Source: an uncultured Candidatus Saccharibacteria bacterium
Lineage (GTDB): Bacteria > Patescibacteriota > Doudnabacteria > UBA920
DNA: 64,000 bases
Direction: 5' to 3'
NCBI GenBank assembly: GCA_964372905.1
Contig: CAYJQY010000005.1
Span: 230 to 64,229 of the forward strand
Shown: one piece after another, positions 8,810 through 17,211 of the stretch
Numbering within the stretch: the stretch's first letter is position 1
Layout: every line of letters begins with the position of its first letter
Made by a program: the position numbers and the translations under genes
Notes under the pieces: model-generated
Told to the model about the DNA's origin: nothing
Seen by the model: the letters and a program-made list of their open reading frames with translations, nothing else
The model's database searches: none

Positions 8810-10000
8810 CTAATTACCAAGCTTAATTGTAATCCGGGGTTTATAAGCAATCGTTTTCGTTTTCGAGTTTAAATAACCCGGCTCTATGACTTCGTCCACA
8901 TAAACAGAAGATCCCATGCCGGATGTTGATAGATTATCAATATCTCTAAAATTTACTACTCTATCTCCTTGAGATAGCTCTGTAATCTCCAGGTCGCGCA
9001 ATGTTAATACTGCTTGTATCGACTGCTTCAACTTCGAATCAATTGCCTTATTATAAAGCCTGCTAATTATCCATTTCACCGGACCGACGAACATGGGTTC
9101 TTGAGAAGGATACTCTAAATATTGCAACTGCAATGCGGATGAACCATTAATTTTTGCCGTTTCTCCGCTCCTGACATCATCTCTAGCGAGTTCCGTTACT
9201 TGATTTAAGTGTGTATGCAAACTATCTAAATAGTTAGTGCCCACCCGGTCGGGATCAAATTTACCAAACCGATGGTTTGCCAGCTCATTCCAGTAGGGCC
9301 GACTGGCTTCCAATAAATTTATGTGGGCTTCCAGAAGCGGTTTAAGACTAATCGCCCTGTCTAATTGAAGGATTCTGAATTCTTTTTCGCTTTTCCAACG
9401 TGCTAATACTCTTGCCAGGTAAGCTTGTAACTCGGAGCCATCCGGTTGAAGATTATTTTTAAGCTCGGGAATCTCTTCCAATATATTTGGATGAGCCACA
9501 ACCATCCAAAGCAACTTTTGATAACAAGCGAGGGCTTCTTTTTGTTCTCGTACCGCATCCTGCTGACTTTCCGAAAGTGCATTCAAGCCCGGATGTCCTC
9601 CGGTATAAAAATTTCGAAGTTCAGTGGCTACCGTAGCTAAGGAAGCGCATATATTGCTGGTGATCGTATCTGTATTTTGTAGGTTACCCGCCGCAGGTTC
9701 TAATTCTTTGTCTCCTCCTAAAAACTGTTCTATTTCCGGGTGCTGTTGAATTATTTGCTGTACAGCTTCTGGTGTAAAAAACTCTAAGACTATTCGGGCT
9801 TGACAATATCTAATCAAACCCTCATGTGTTACGGTATCGGGGTGAACCGCTTGGAGACTATCCCGTGCCCTCTTTATTTCTGCCAGAATACCTGGAATAT
9901 CCTTTATGCCCCTGGTTTCTGCTATTGAGTGAGGATAATAATCAGCTGGCATACAACAATCTAATACATATCCGACCAACTGGCTGGTCGGAATAAGCAA
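8810..10000 (-). CDS. hypothetical protein in a low-GC region
   Basis: 396-aa ORF with no recognisable motifs and no TM segment. The ORF-track start at 10000 is TTG; the first ATG is at 9952. Local GC is clearly below the window average. Confidence 0.5.
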   Translation of the reverse strand: MLIPTSQLVGYVLDCCMPADYYPHSIAETRGIKDIPGILAEIKRARDSLQAVHPDTVTHEGLIRYCQARIVLEFFTPEAVQQIIQQHPEIEQFLGGDKELEPAAGNLQNTDTITSNICASLATVATELRNFYTGGHPGLNALSESQQDAVREQKEALACYQKLLWMVVAHPNILEEIPELKNNLQPDGSELQAYLARVLARWKSEKEFRILQLDRAISLKPLLEAHINLLEASRPYWNELANHRFGKFDPDRVGTNYLDSLHTHLNQVTELARDDVRSGETAKINGSSALQLQYLEYPSQEPMFVGPVKWIISRLYNKAIDSKLKQSIQAVLTLRDLEITELSQGDRVVNFRDIDNLSTSGMGSSVYVDEVIEPGYLNSKTKTIAYKPRITIKLGN

Positions 10001-10220
10001 GTTAAAACACTATTCATTCTCTTTTCAGCTTCTTGGGTGTATTCTTTTGAAATATCGGGATTCATCGTGGACTTACCAGGGAGCGCCGATGGCGATTAGT
10101 TCAAGAAGTTTTAGCTAAGTAGCCTAACAAATTTACCATTACACCTATATTAACACATTTTTCGGTTGACAAAAACATCGCCAAAAAGCAGAAATTTGGC
10201 TGATTTTTATAATGCTGCTA

Positions 10221-10967
10221 TTACTTCTTGAACACAATCAGCTTGTAGCCCACAAAATTCCAGGCCAGCGAGATAAGCGTGGCCGCGAATTTGGCGATGT
10301 TCTTTATTAAATCGGCGCCCAAAGAAATGCCGGCGCCAAGCCCCGCGCCGCCGGCAATCAAATACTGCGACAAAAGCGACAGCAAGCCGCTGTTTATTAT
10401 CACCCCAATAATACTGACAACCACAAAGGCCAAGAATTCAGAACGGGTCTGGCTGTCCGGCTCATATTTCTGCAAACCTAAACCGAACCACAGCAGAACT
10501 TCAACCAGCAAAAACACTACCAGGATAGCCAAAAAATAAAACGGCTGGGCGCTAACGGCCGCGCCCCAGACCACGGCCAAAAAACTGCCCAAGCCTAAGG
10601 CGCCCACCAAAAACAACTGGACCAGGTTTTTGACCGGGGTTTCATGCCCCTGGACTGCAAAAGCCCAGTGGCGGTTCCAAAAATAACTTTGGATGATGGC
10701 GGCGGCCACCCCGATAACATTTACGCCGCCAAGTTTCAGGCCAGACTCAATGCCGAATGACTTGGACACCAAATTTAAGATGATAAAATCAATGGCCGTG
10801 TTGATGGCGCCAATGGTGGCAAAACGCAACAGTTGCAGAATAACGGGGTACTTGCGCAGGAGCGCTTCCAGCGCGGAAGAATTTGATTCAGGGATTGGTT
10901 GTGCTACTACGCCATTTGTCGCCCTGTTCATGGTGCCGTTCATCGTGCCGTTCATCGTGCCGTTCAA
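10221..10967 (-). CDS. GtrA-like polysaccharide-synthesis membrane protein (extended, 248 aa)
   Basis: LLRFATIGAINTAIDFIILNLV GtrA signature plus further TM helices. The N-terminus carries MNGT×3. Confidence 0.65.
   Translation of the reverse strand: MNGTMNGTMNGTMNRATNGVVAQPIPESNSSALEALLRKYPVILQLLRFATIGAINTAIDFIILNLVSKSFGIESGLKLGGVNVIGVAAAIIQSYFWNRHWAFAVQGHETPVKNLVQLFLVGALGLGSFLAVVWGAAVSAQPFYFLAILVVFLLVEVLLWFGLGLQKYEPDSQTRSEFLAFVVVSIIGVIINSGLLSLLSQYLIAGGAGLGAGISLGADLIKNIAKFAATLISLAWNFVGYKLIVFKK
10929..10967. repeat. 12-nt tandem repeat ×3 (ATGAACGGCACG on the coding strand) at the start of the GtrA-like gene
   Basis: Plus strand reads ttcatGgtgccgttcatCgtgccgttcatCgtgccgttcat, giving four in-frame ATGs (MNGTMNGTMNGTMN). 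Confidence 0.8.
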
Positions 10968-10969
10968 AA

Positions 10970-11593
10970 TTAAAGCTCCTCGTCCTCGTCGCGAATTACT
11001 TTGCGGGCGGGCTCGCTGGCAGTTTCGTCCAACTCCACGTCAGCCCCTGCAGCGCCGGCGGACTTAATCACGTTCTCAACGGCGGCCCATTCCGAGTCAT
11101 GGTCCTGGGGCACCACAATTGTAACCTGGTCGCCCGGCTGGGCCTTAAAATAAGTTAAAGACGCCAGCAAAACTTTGTAAATTTTTCCTTCGGCGAGAAC
11201 GCGAAAATCGCCTTTTTCGTCCTGGGACAATACGCCCAGCATTTTTTTACGCTCCACCGGACCGATTTGTTTATAAATAAACGAGCCGTCTTCGGCAATT
11301 GTCAGCTTGAGCACGTCGCCCTCTACCAGCTTGCTCTTGGAGGCGTAGTTGGCCGGCACGGGGTACTGCTTGTTGTCTGGGCCGATCATATTCTGCCCGT
11401 CGAACACGCCCTCAATGATTTTCCCGCCTTCGGTCACGCTCAATTGCTGGGCCTTGTCGGCAATCGCCGACGCCGCGCCGCGGGGAACCGCGCCGCCCAT
11501 CATCTCGCGCAACAACTGCTTAGCCGACTGGATGTTCTTTTCCGCGGCATCAATCATCTGCGCAATAAGCGCTAAACTGGACAATTTATCCAT
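10970..11593 (-). CDS. hypothetical protein, 207 aa, acidic C-terminus
   Basis: Clean ORF with ATG start; its stop lies 2 nt from the GtrA-like start, so they are probably co-transcribed. No recognisable motif. Confidence 0.5.
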   Translation of the reverse strand: MDKLSSLALIAQMIDAAEKNIQSAKQLLREMMGGAVPRGAASAIADKAQQLSVTEGGKIIEGVFDGQNMIGPDNKQYPVPANYASKSKLVEGDVLKLTIAEDGSFIYKQIGPVERKKMLGVLSQDEKGDFRVLAEGKIYKVLLASLTYFKAQPGDQVTIVVPQDHDSEWAAVENVIKSAGAAGADVELDETASEPARKVIRDEDEEL

Positions 11594-11698
11594 ACTTTTT
11601 GGTGTTTATTTGGTTGATTTTATTTGAGTTTCAGCCGTGTTTCGGAAGTGCTATTAAGATAGCACAAGCCCTTAAATGGTGCAAGGGGCTAGGGTCAA

Positions 11699-11786
11699 CC
11701 AGAAAAATGTTAGGTCTTGGAGCCAGCCGCAGGAGCCAGCCGCAAGGCGCGACGAGGACGGTGACAAGATCCTAGCATTTTTCTGG
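11699..11786. repeat. long hairpin element: 16-bp inverted repeat (15 of 16 matching) enclosing a 56-nt GC-rich loop with a 13-bp direct duplication
   Basis: ccagaaaaatgttagg … cctagcatttttctgg; the interior holds ggagccagccgca twice in tandem (11719-11744). It starts 3 nt after the stop of the TraG-like gene. Confidence 0.6.
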
Positions 11787-11788
11787 TT

Positions 11789-14341
11789 CTACAACCCCCG
11801 CTCAATAGCCGGCTCCCCCGCGGCCATCATATCGGCCACCTGGCTTGCCTCCAAAATCTCCCCCTCAACTTCGGCCCGCGGGCGACCGTGTTTCAAACGA
11901 GAAAGCTGGCGGATGGCCTGGGCCACTTCCTGCTGCTGCGGCGTGGGCTTAGGAAGCGGATAGGTGGCCATGTTGAACGGCTTGGATGCTGTGCCGTTGA
12001 TCATCAATTTAATAAAGGCGTTAAACCGGTCAACATTAACCAAATCAAACTCGCTGAAAGTCGGCGAAAATTCCTTGGCCATGATTTCCGAATCTTCCAC
12101 GCCGATGCGGAACGCCACCATGGTACCGGCGTTGCCGAACACGGCGTCGCGCAAATCCTTGCTCGCCGCCCCCTGCGCCCCGGCCTGCTGCTCCAATTGT
12201 CCTAAATACTGGTGCGCCACTATCAATCCTAAACGGTACTTGCGGGCTTCGCTCAAAATGGCAGCGAACGCATCGGTGATGAAATTTTGGAACTCATCAA
12301 CATAGAGATAAAAATTCTGGCGCTGGGATTCGGGAATATCGGCTCGCGACAAGGCGGCCATCTGTAATTTACTGACGATGATTAAACCCAAAAGTTTCGC
12401 ATTAATCTCCCCGACTTTTCCCTTGGCCAAATTAACCAACAGGATTTTTTTCTGATCCATAACATCGCGGAAATTAAAAGCGCTCTTGGACTGCCCCACG
12501 ATGTTGCGCATCATGGAATTTTCCACGAACCGCCCGACTTTGGAAATAAGGTAGCCAAGCATTTCGCTCTTATGAAAGTCGGACGTTTTGGCCATTTCTT
12601 TTTCCCAAAACGCCCGGACTATCGGGTCTTTTAGCTTGGCCGTTTTATATTTCTGAAATTGCGTGTCAGTAAAAATGCGGGGAATTTCGACGAGCGAGCC
12701 CGGGTGCTCTTCATCAGCCATTAACGTCAGCATGGCATTGCGCATATTGTGCTCAAACATCGGACCAAGCATGGCCGGGTCAGTCACCAATTTATAAAAG
12801 ATGGAGATCATCTCCTGAATGGCAAAATCTTTTTCTTCTTCGCTGCGCACCTCAAGCATATTCAGCCCCATGGGCCGCTCAAGATCAAACGGTTCAAACA
12901 AAATTACGTCTTCCGCACGCTCTTTGGGAACATGCGGCAAAACATCTTCGATGAAGTCGCCGTGCGGGTCAATAATACACAAGCCCTCTCCATTTTTGAT
13001 ATCCTGCACTGACATATATTTCATGATTTCGGTTTTGCCGCTGCCGGTGCGGCCGATTATGTACATATGGCGCATGCGGTCCTCGCTGTCAATGTGCACC
13101 CGGGTTTCCTGGCCGCGATAAATGTTGCGGCCGAGCAGGATGCCCTCCTTGGGCATGTTGAGAGGCGGCGGCGCTTTTTTGGAAAGCAGCCACTTGATGT
13201 TGGGCGTTTCTATAAAGGGCGTGGGCAGATGCCATAAGCTGGCCAGCTCTTCGGTATTGAGCAGCATTTTTTTCAGCGGATATGAACGGTAAATGCGGAA
13301 AATAAAATCTTTGATAATGTCGCTTTGGTCGCGGTGCCGCTCGACAAAACCGTTGAAAGGCGGCATATTGTACTGCAAAAACGAAGATAGGATATTGTTG
13401 AGATGGAGGCGCGCGTTACCTGGTTTAGCGGATGATGTAACCACACGAATGTTGGTTTTATAACCAGGCCGACTAGCTTTTTCCTCAAGCTTTTTAACAA
13501 TCTCCTGCTGCATCGGCGTCAGGTGAATGGGGCTGCTGTAGCCGGTTAAGTCGTTGCGATTGGGCTGGTTTTGCTGCTGACCGCGGCCAAAAAAATTACT
13601 GCCAAAGCCGCTGAACAAGCTGACTAAAGCTTTGATGAAAATATTCCGTTCCACCATGGTGGGGTTTTTCCCCTGCTGGACTTCCAGGGCCATGTGCCGC
13701 GGCTTGGACTGCCAGCCGGCTTCAGCCGGACTGACTATGAACTGGATGGCCGCGCCCTCGTTCTCGTCAAGCTTGGACATGGCATTGGTCAGCGAATTCA
13801 GTGGATCCGACTCCATGCTTTTGTAAGTTCTAATGGGATAATAATATTTTTTTGCGGGCTTAAGTTCGGCAGCCAGCACTTCGCCGCCTTTTTGGAACGG
13901 ATTGTAACCGCGCACTTCTTCAATAAAGGCGTGGGGATACTGGGCCGAGACCTGCTTCTCCACCAGTTCGCGCAAGTGTTTGGGGCAGTTGATATAAAAG
14001 GAAATTTTTTTATCGACGCAGGCAATTTCAAAACTCACAAACTCGCTTGGCTTAAAAAAATGGACGCCGCCGATATGTGACACGGTCGTGAACAGCTGTT
14101 CAGCCACGGCGATCAAATTCTTCTTTTCCTCCTCGCCCTTGTTTTTCATCTCTTCTTTTTTGTCGGAATTTTCCTTGGGCATCTGAATTTCCAGGAAAAC
14201 CCAGTTGAGGGCACGGGGGACGATGATTTTGCTGTGATACCAGTGGCGCCGGCCATAATAAAACAGCACGACCAAAAAGGTCGCAACCAAGGCCGCCAAT
14301 ACCAGGATGGTAATTTGTATCGTACTCAACTCCAATGACAT
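11789..14341 (-). CDS. TraG/TraD/VirD4-superfamily P-loop ATPase, type IV secretion coupling-protein-like, with ~400-aa N-terminal region
   Basis: N-terminal TM helix; Walker A IIGRTGSGKT; Walker B LYVDEFQNF; downstream ARKYRLGLIVAHQYLGQL, as in the VirD4/VirB4 RK…Q motif. 850 aa. Confidence 0.5.
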   Translation of the reverse strand: MSLELSTIQITILVLAALVATFLVVLFYYGRRHWYHSKIIVPRALNWVFLEIQMPKENSDKKEEMKNKGEEEKKNLIAVAEQLFTTVSHIGGVHFFKPSEFVSFEIACVDKKISFYINCPKHLRELVEKQVSAQYPHAFIEEVRGYNPFQKGGEVLAAELKPAKKYYYPIRTYKSMESDPLNSLTNAMSKLDENEGAAIQFIVSPAEAGWQSKPRHMALEVQQGKNPTMVERNIFIKALVSLFSGFGSNFFGRGQQQNQPNRNDLTGYSSPIHLTPMQQEIVKKLEEKASRPGYKTNIRVVTSSAKPGNARLHLNNILSSFLQYNMPPFNGFVERHRDQSDIIKDFIFRIYRSYPLKKMLLNTEELASLWHLPTPFIETPNIKWLLSKKAPPPLNMPKEGILLGRNIYRGQETRVHIDSEDRMRHMYIIGRTGSGKTEIMKYMSVQDIKNGEGLCIIDPHGDFIEDVLPHVPKERAEDVILFEPFDLERPMGLNMLEVRSEEEKDFAIQEMISIFYKLVTDPAMLGPMFEHNMRNAMLTLMADEEHPGSLVEIPRIFTDTQFQKYKTAKLKDPIVRAFWEKEMAKTSDFHKSEMLGYLISKVGRFVENSMMRNIVGQSKSAFNFRDVMDQKKILLVNLAKGKVGEINAKLLGLIIVSKLQMAALSRADIPESQRQNFYLYVDEFQNFITDAFAAILSEARKYRLGLIVAHQYLGQLEQQAGAQGAASKDLRDAVFGNAGTMVAFRIGVEDSEIMAKEFSPTFSEFDLVNVDRFNAFIKLMINGTASKPFNMATYPLPKPTPQQQEVAQAIRQLSRLKHGRPRAEVEGEILEASQVADMMAAGEPAIERGL

Positions 14342-14379
14342 TTGGTTTTGGTTTTTGCTGTTTTTGGGATTGCTAGAAA

Positions 14380-14769
14380 CTAGTTGTCAGATTCTTCTGG
14401 AATGGCCATTGCGTTCATATCTGCAGGATGACGCTCACTCAAACCACTCTGATTGAGCAATCTTGTTAATTGCTCTTTCAGTGCTTCATCTGCTGCTATA
14501 GGCCTAGTTGCCAAACTTTCTTTAATTCTTTTCTCTGCTTGTGTTGCGGCAACCTTAATACTCTCAAGATCAACGGCTGGTGCTATGTCTATATTGGGCT
14601 TACTTTTTAAATCTTTTGGCGCGCCCGCTGCAACTTCTGAACGTTTAGGCCATTCCTCTGAATATTTACCTTCACGCGATTGATTAGTGCTTAAATTATC
14701 AACAAGGGCTTCCGAATTATGCGGCAAAGCTGATTCAACCTTATTAGCATTTGGATCAAGTGCTGGCAT
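14380..14769 (-). CDS. hypothetical acidic protein (~129 aa)
   Basis: Start placed at MPALDPNANK (ATG 14769) because a TGgTATAAT promoter lies inside the longer ORF-track N-terminus. Low GC. Confidence 0.45.
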   Translation of the reverse strand: MPALDPNANKVESALPHNSEALVDNLSTNQSREGKYSEEWPKRSEVAAGAPKDLKSKPNIDIAPAVDLESIKVAATQAEKRIKESLATRPIAADEALKEQLTRLLNQSGLSERHPADMNAMAIPEESDN

Positions 14770-14794
14770 ATAGCTTATAGTTAAACTTAAATAA

Positions 14795-14822
14795 ATTATA
14801 CCATATCTGGATTTATTTGTAA
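14795..14822 (-). promoter_or_regulatory. putative promoter (TTACAA-16-TGgTATAAT)
   Basis: Minus-strand reading cattttacaaataaatccagatatggtataattta; the -10 lies 25 nt upstream of ATG 14769. Confidence 0.4.
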
Positions 14823-14989
14823 AATGGCACAGCGGTTTTATCAACATAAAATCTTTATGAACAAAATCTCCAATTTCGATAAAATCCGCGTCTTTACCCC
14901 GTTGATACTACTGTGGTAAAATGCCAATATAATTTCATTATTTAGGTGCCTAACCCTTGAGCAACTTTGCTCGGGGCATGGCCGAAAAA

Positions 14990-15031
14990 CCATCCAAGGT
15001 AGAGAACTCCTCGTCAGAGTTCCTTGGATGG
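14990..15031 (+). promoter_or_regulatory. perfect 10-bp-stem hairpin with nested 5-bp helix in the leader of a small plus-strand ORF
   Basis: ccatccaagg-tagag-aactc-ctcgtca-gagtt-ccttggatgg. A GNRA hairpin ttgggt-gcaa-acccaa follows at 15053-15068. Confidence 0.5.
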
Positions 15032-15136
15032 TCGTATCTCGAAAGGGGTATGTTGGGTGCAAACCCAAGCTCTGGCGGGGAGCTTTATGTTTTTTGCTTC
15101 CCCCCTCTTCCCGCCGAGCCCAAAGAAAGGAACTTT

Positions 15137-15259
15137 ATGAAAAACCTCGGCGCAGTGTTCACCAAGGCCAACCTGGGAAATGCATTAATTTTTATCTTAA
15201 GTATGGTCGCCGCCGGCATTGTTTACAATTGGTACATCACGGCATTCAACGTGAGATAA
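15137..15259 (+). CDS. small hydrophobic peptide (40 aa, one predicted TM helix)
   Basis: MKNLGAVFTKANLGNALIFILSMVAAGIVYNWYITAFNVR. An AGGA sits 7 nt upstream of the ATG; an intrinsic terminator follows 6 nt after the stop. Confidence 0.4.
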   Translation: MKNLGAVFTKANLGNALIFILSMVAAGIVYNWYITAFNVR

Positions 15260-15265
15260 CAAACA

Positions 15266-15290
15266 ACCGCCCGAAAGGGCGGTTTAATTT
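15266..15290. terminator. intrinsic terminator, plausibly bidirectional (small ORF on +, secY operon end on -)
   Basis: accgccc-gaaa-gggcggt followed by ttaattt on plus; the reverse strand reads hairpin + tgtttgtt. It lies 21 nt beyond the secY stop. Confidence 0.55.
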
Positions 15291-15311
15291 CAAACTGCTA
15301 ATTTGTTAATA

Positions 15312-16592
15312 CTACAAACTTTGGTAGTCGTGCATGGTCAGCTGGGCCTCGATTTGTTTGATCGTTTCGATGACCACGGCCACGACAATGAGCAGGCCGG
15401 TGCCGCCAAAAGTCAGCGCCTGCGTGCCCGTAACTTTTTGGAGCAAGAACGGCAGGATGGCGATGATGCCCAAAAACAATGAGCCAGGCAAAGTAATACG
15501 GTTCAACACCGAATACAAATAATCCGCGGTTTGCTTGCCCGGCCGCATGCCGGGAATAAATCCCCCGTTGCGCTGAACATTCTCGGCCACTTCCTGCGGG
15601 TTGAACACAACAGCCGTGTAAAAATAGGTAAATAAAACTACCAGCACAAAATAAGTTACGCCGTAAAACACGCCTTGAGAATTAAACAGCTCAATAGCCT
15701 TTTGGGCGTACTGGGCGAGCACCGCCGACTTAGCATTGACAAAAAACTGGGCGATCATGGTAGGAAACAGCATAACTGAAATAGCAAAGATAATCGGAAT
15801 TACCCCGGCCTGGTTCAAACGCAAGGGCAGGTGCGTGCTGACGCCGCCGTAGAGTTTATCGCCTCTCACGCGTTTGGCATACGAGATCGGGATGTTGCGC
15901 TGGGCTTCGGTCACTAAAACCACGCCGACAATAACAACTAGTGCCACGGCCAAAAAGCCCAAAATCGTGGGTAATTTGCTGGGGTCATATAAACCGGCCA
16001 ACGAGCCAGCGCCGGCGGGCAGACGCGCCACGATCCCGGCAAAAATGATCAAAGAAATCCCGTTGCCGATCCCGTACTCGGAAATAATTTCACCAATCCA
16101 CATAACCAGCATAGTTCCGGCCGTCACTGCGAGTAAAGTCAGAAACCACTGGAATGGGGTAAAGTGGCCAAGTACTGCCGCGCCGCCCTGGCTGGAAAGC
16201 AGACGGATAGTGCCAAAAGCCTGCAAAGCAGCCAAAGGAATGGTCAGCCAGCGCGTATACTGGTTGAGCTTGGCGCGCCCGGCTTCCCCGCTCTCCTTTT
16301 GGAGTTCGGCCAAAGACGGCACAATGATGGTCAGCAATTGCATGATGATAGAGGCGGTGATGTATGGCCCCACGCCCAACATGGCGATAGAAAAATTGGT
16401 CAGGCCGCCGCCGGAAAAAATATCCAATAAATTAAAAAATTGGCTCTGGGTGAAAAGATTGCGCAAGGCCGCCGTATCGATTCCCGGAATCGGCACATGG
16501 GCAATGATGCGCGTGAGCAAAAGCAACCCCAGCACAATCAAAATTTTGTGGCGCAGGTCGCGGGTTTTCCAAATCAATAAAAGTTTGTTCAT
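15312..16592 (-). CDS. secY: preprotein translocase subunit SecY
   Basis: 426 aa with 10 TM segments and typical SecY N-terminal and GIGNGISLIIF-like motifs. Confidence 0.95.
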   Translation of the reverse strand: MNKLLLIWKTRDLRHKILIVLGLLLLTRIIAHVPIPGIDTAALRNLFTQSQFFNLLDIFSGGGLTNFSIAMLGVGPYITASIIMQLLTIIVPSLAELQKESGEAGRAKLNQYTRWLTIPLAALQAFGTIRLLSSQGGAAVLGHFTPFQWFLTLLAVTAGTMLVMWIGEIISEYGIGNGISLIIFAGIVARLPAGAGSLAGLYDPSKLPTILGFLAVALVVIVGVVLVTEAQRNIPISYAKRVRGDKLYGGVSTHLPLRLNQAGVIPIIFAISVMLFPTMIAQFFVNAKSAVLAQYAQKAIELFNSQGVFYGVTYFVLVVLFTYFYTAVVFNPQEVAENVQRNGGFIPGMRPGKQTADYLYSVLNRITLPGSLFLGIIAILPFLLQKVTGTQALTFGGTGLLIVVAVVIETIKQIEAQLTMHDYQSL

Positions 16593-16607
16593 GATTATTC
16601 GGGCGGC

Positions 16608-17039
16608 TTATTTGACGCTGCCGCCGGCTTTTTCAATGGCAGCCTTAGCTGATGCGGAAACCGGCACCCGAACTTCGAGACGCTTAGTAATGGAACCGCC
16701 GAGAATTTTCACCCGAGCCAGTTCGGAAATTAGCCCCTTGGCTTTAAGACTCGCTACGGTTACGGTATCACCATCATTGAAAACTTGCAATTTATCCAGG
16801 GCGATGACCACGGCCTTGGCGTTTAAAGCGCGAAAGCCGCGCGACTTCGGCAGCTGCCGAATGAGCGGCTGGCGGCCGCCTTCAAAACCCGCCGGCATTT
16901 TGGAATGGCCGGTGCGCGCGGTCTGGCCCTTGCCGCCGCGGGTGGAATAAGTGCCGTGGCCGCTGCCCAAACCGCGTCCCACCACTTTGCGGCGGCGCGT
17001 CGATTTAGGATGCTTTTTGAGTTGATGGAGTTTGATCAT
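16608..17039 (-). CDS. rplO: 50S ribosomal protein L15
   Basis: MIKLHQLKKHPKSTRRRKVVGRGLGSGHGTYSTRGGKGQ… The ORF-track start (17102) would run into the inverted-repeat element, so the start was set at ATG 17039. Confidence 0.85.
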   Translation of the reverse strand: MIKLHQLKKHPKSTRRRKVVGRGLGSGHGTYSTRGGKGQTARTGHSKMPAGFEGGRQPLIRQLPKSRGFRALNAKAVVIALDKLQVFNDGDTVTVASLKAKGLISELARVKILGGSITKRLEVRVPVSASAKAAIEKAGGSVK

Positions 17040-17056
17040 ATATTTAACAGGCAGTT

Positions 17057-17199
17057 GGCTCGGAAAGATTGCTACTGAAGAGCCTCCGCAGGCCGATTGC
17101 ATTGCATGGTTCGCTACAGCGAAGCGGAAGCGAAATCGGCCGAGGACGAAGCGAGGCGCTGGCCGAGCGAGCGGTCTGAAGAAGCAATCTTTCCGAGGC
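17057..17199. repeat. GC-rich palindromic intergenic element with 15-bp perfect (22 of 25 extended) inverted-repeat flanks, between rpsE and rplO where rpmD normally lies
   Basis: ctcggaaagattgct (17059-17073) pairs with agcaatctttccgag (17183-17197). The interior contains the GC-rich segment gacgaagcgaggcgctggccgagcgagcgg. Confidence 0.6.
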
Positions 17200-17211
17200 T
17201 TATCAATTTAA

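Noticed and set aside
17040-17102. Longer rplO N-terminus (MQSACGGSSVAIFPSQLPVKY…)
   Set aside because: It would be encoded by the left arm of the inverted-repeat element. The conserved L15 N-terminus begins at MIKLHQL.
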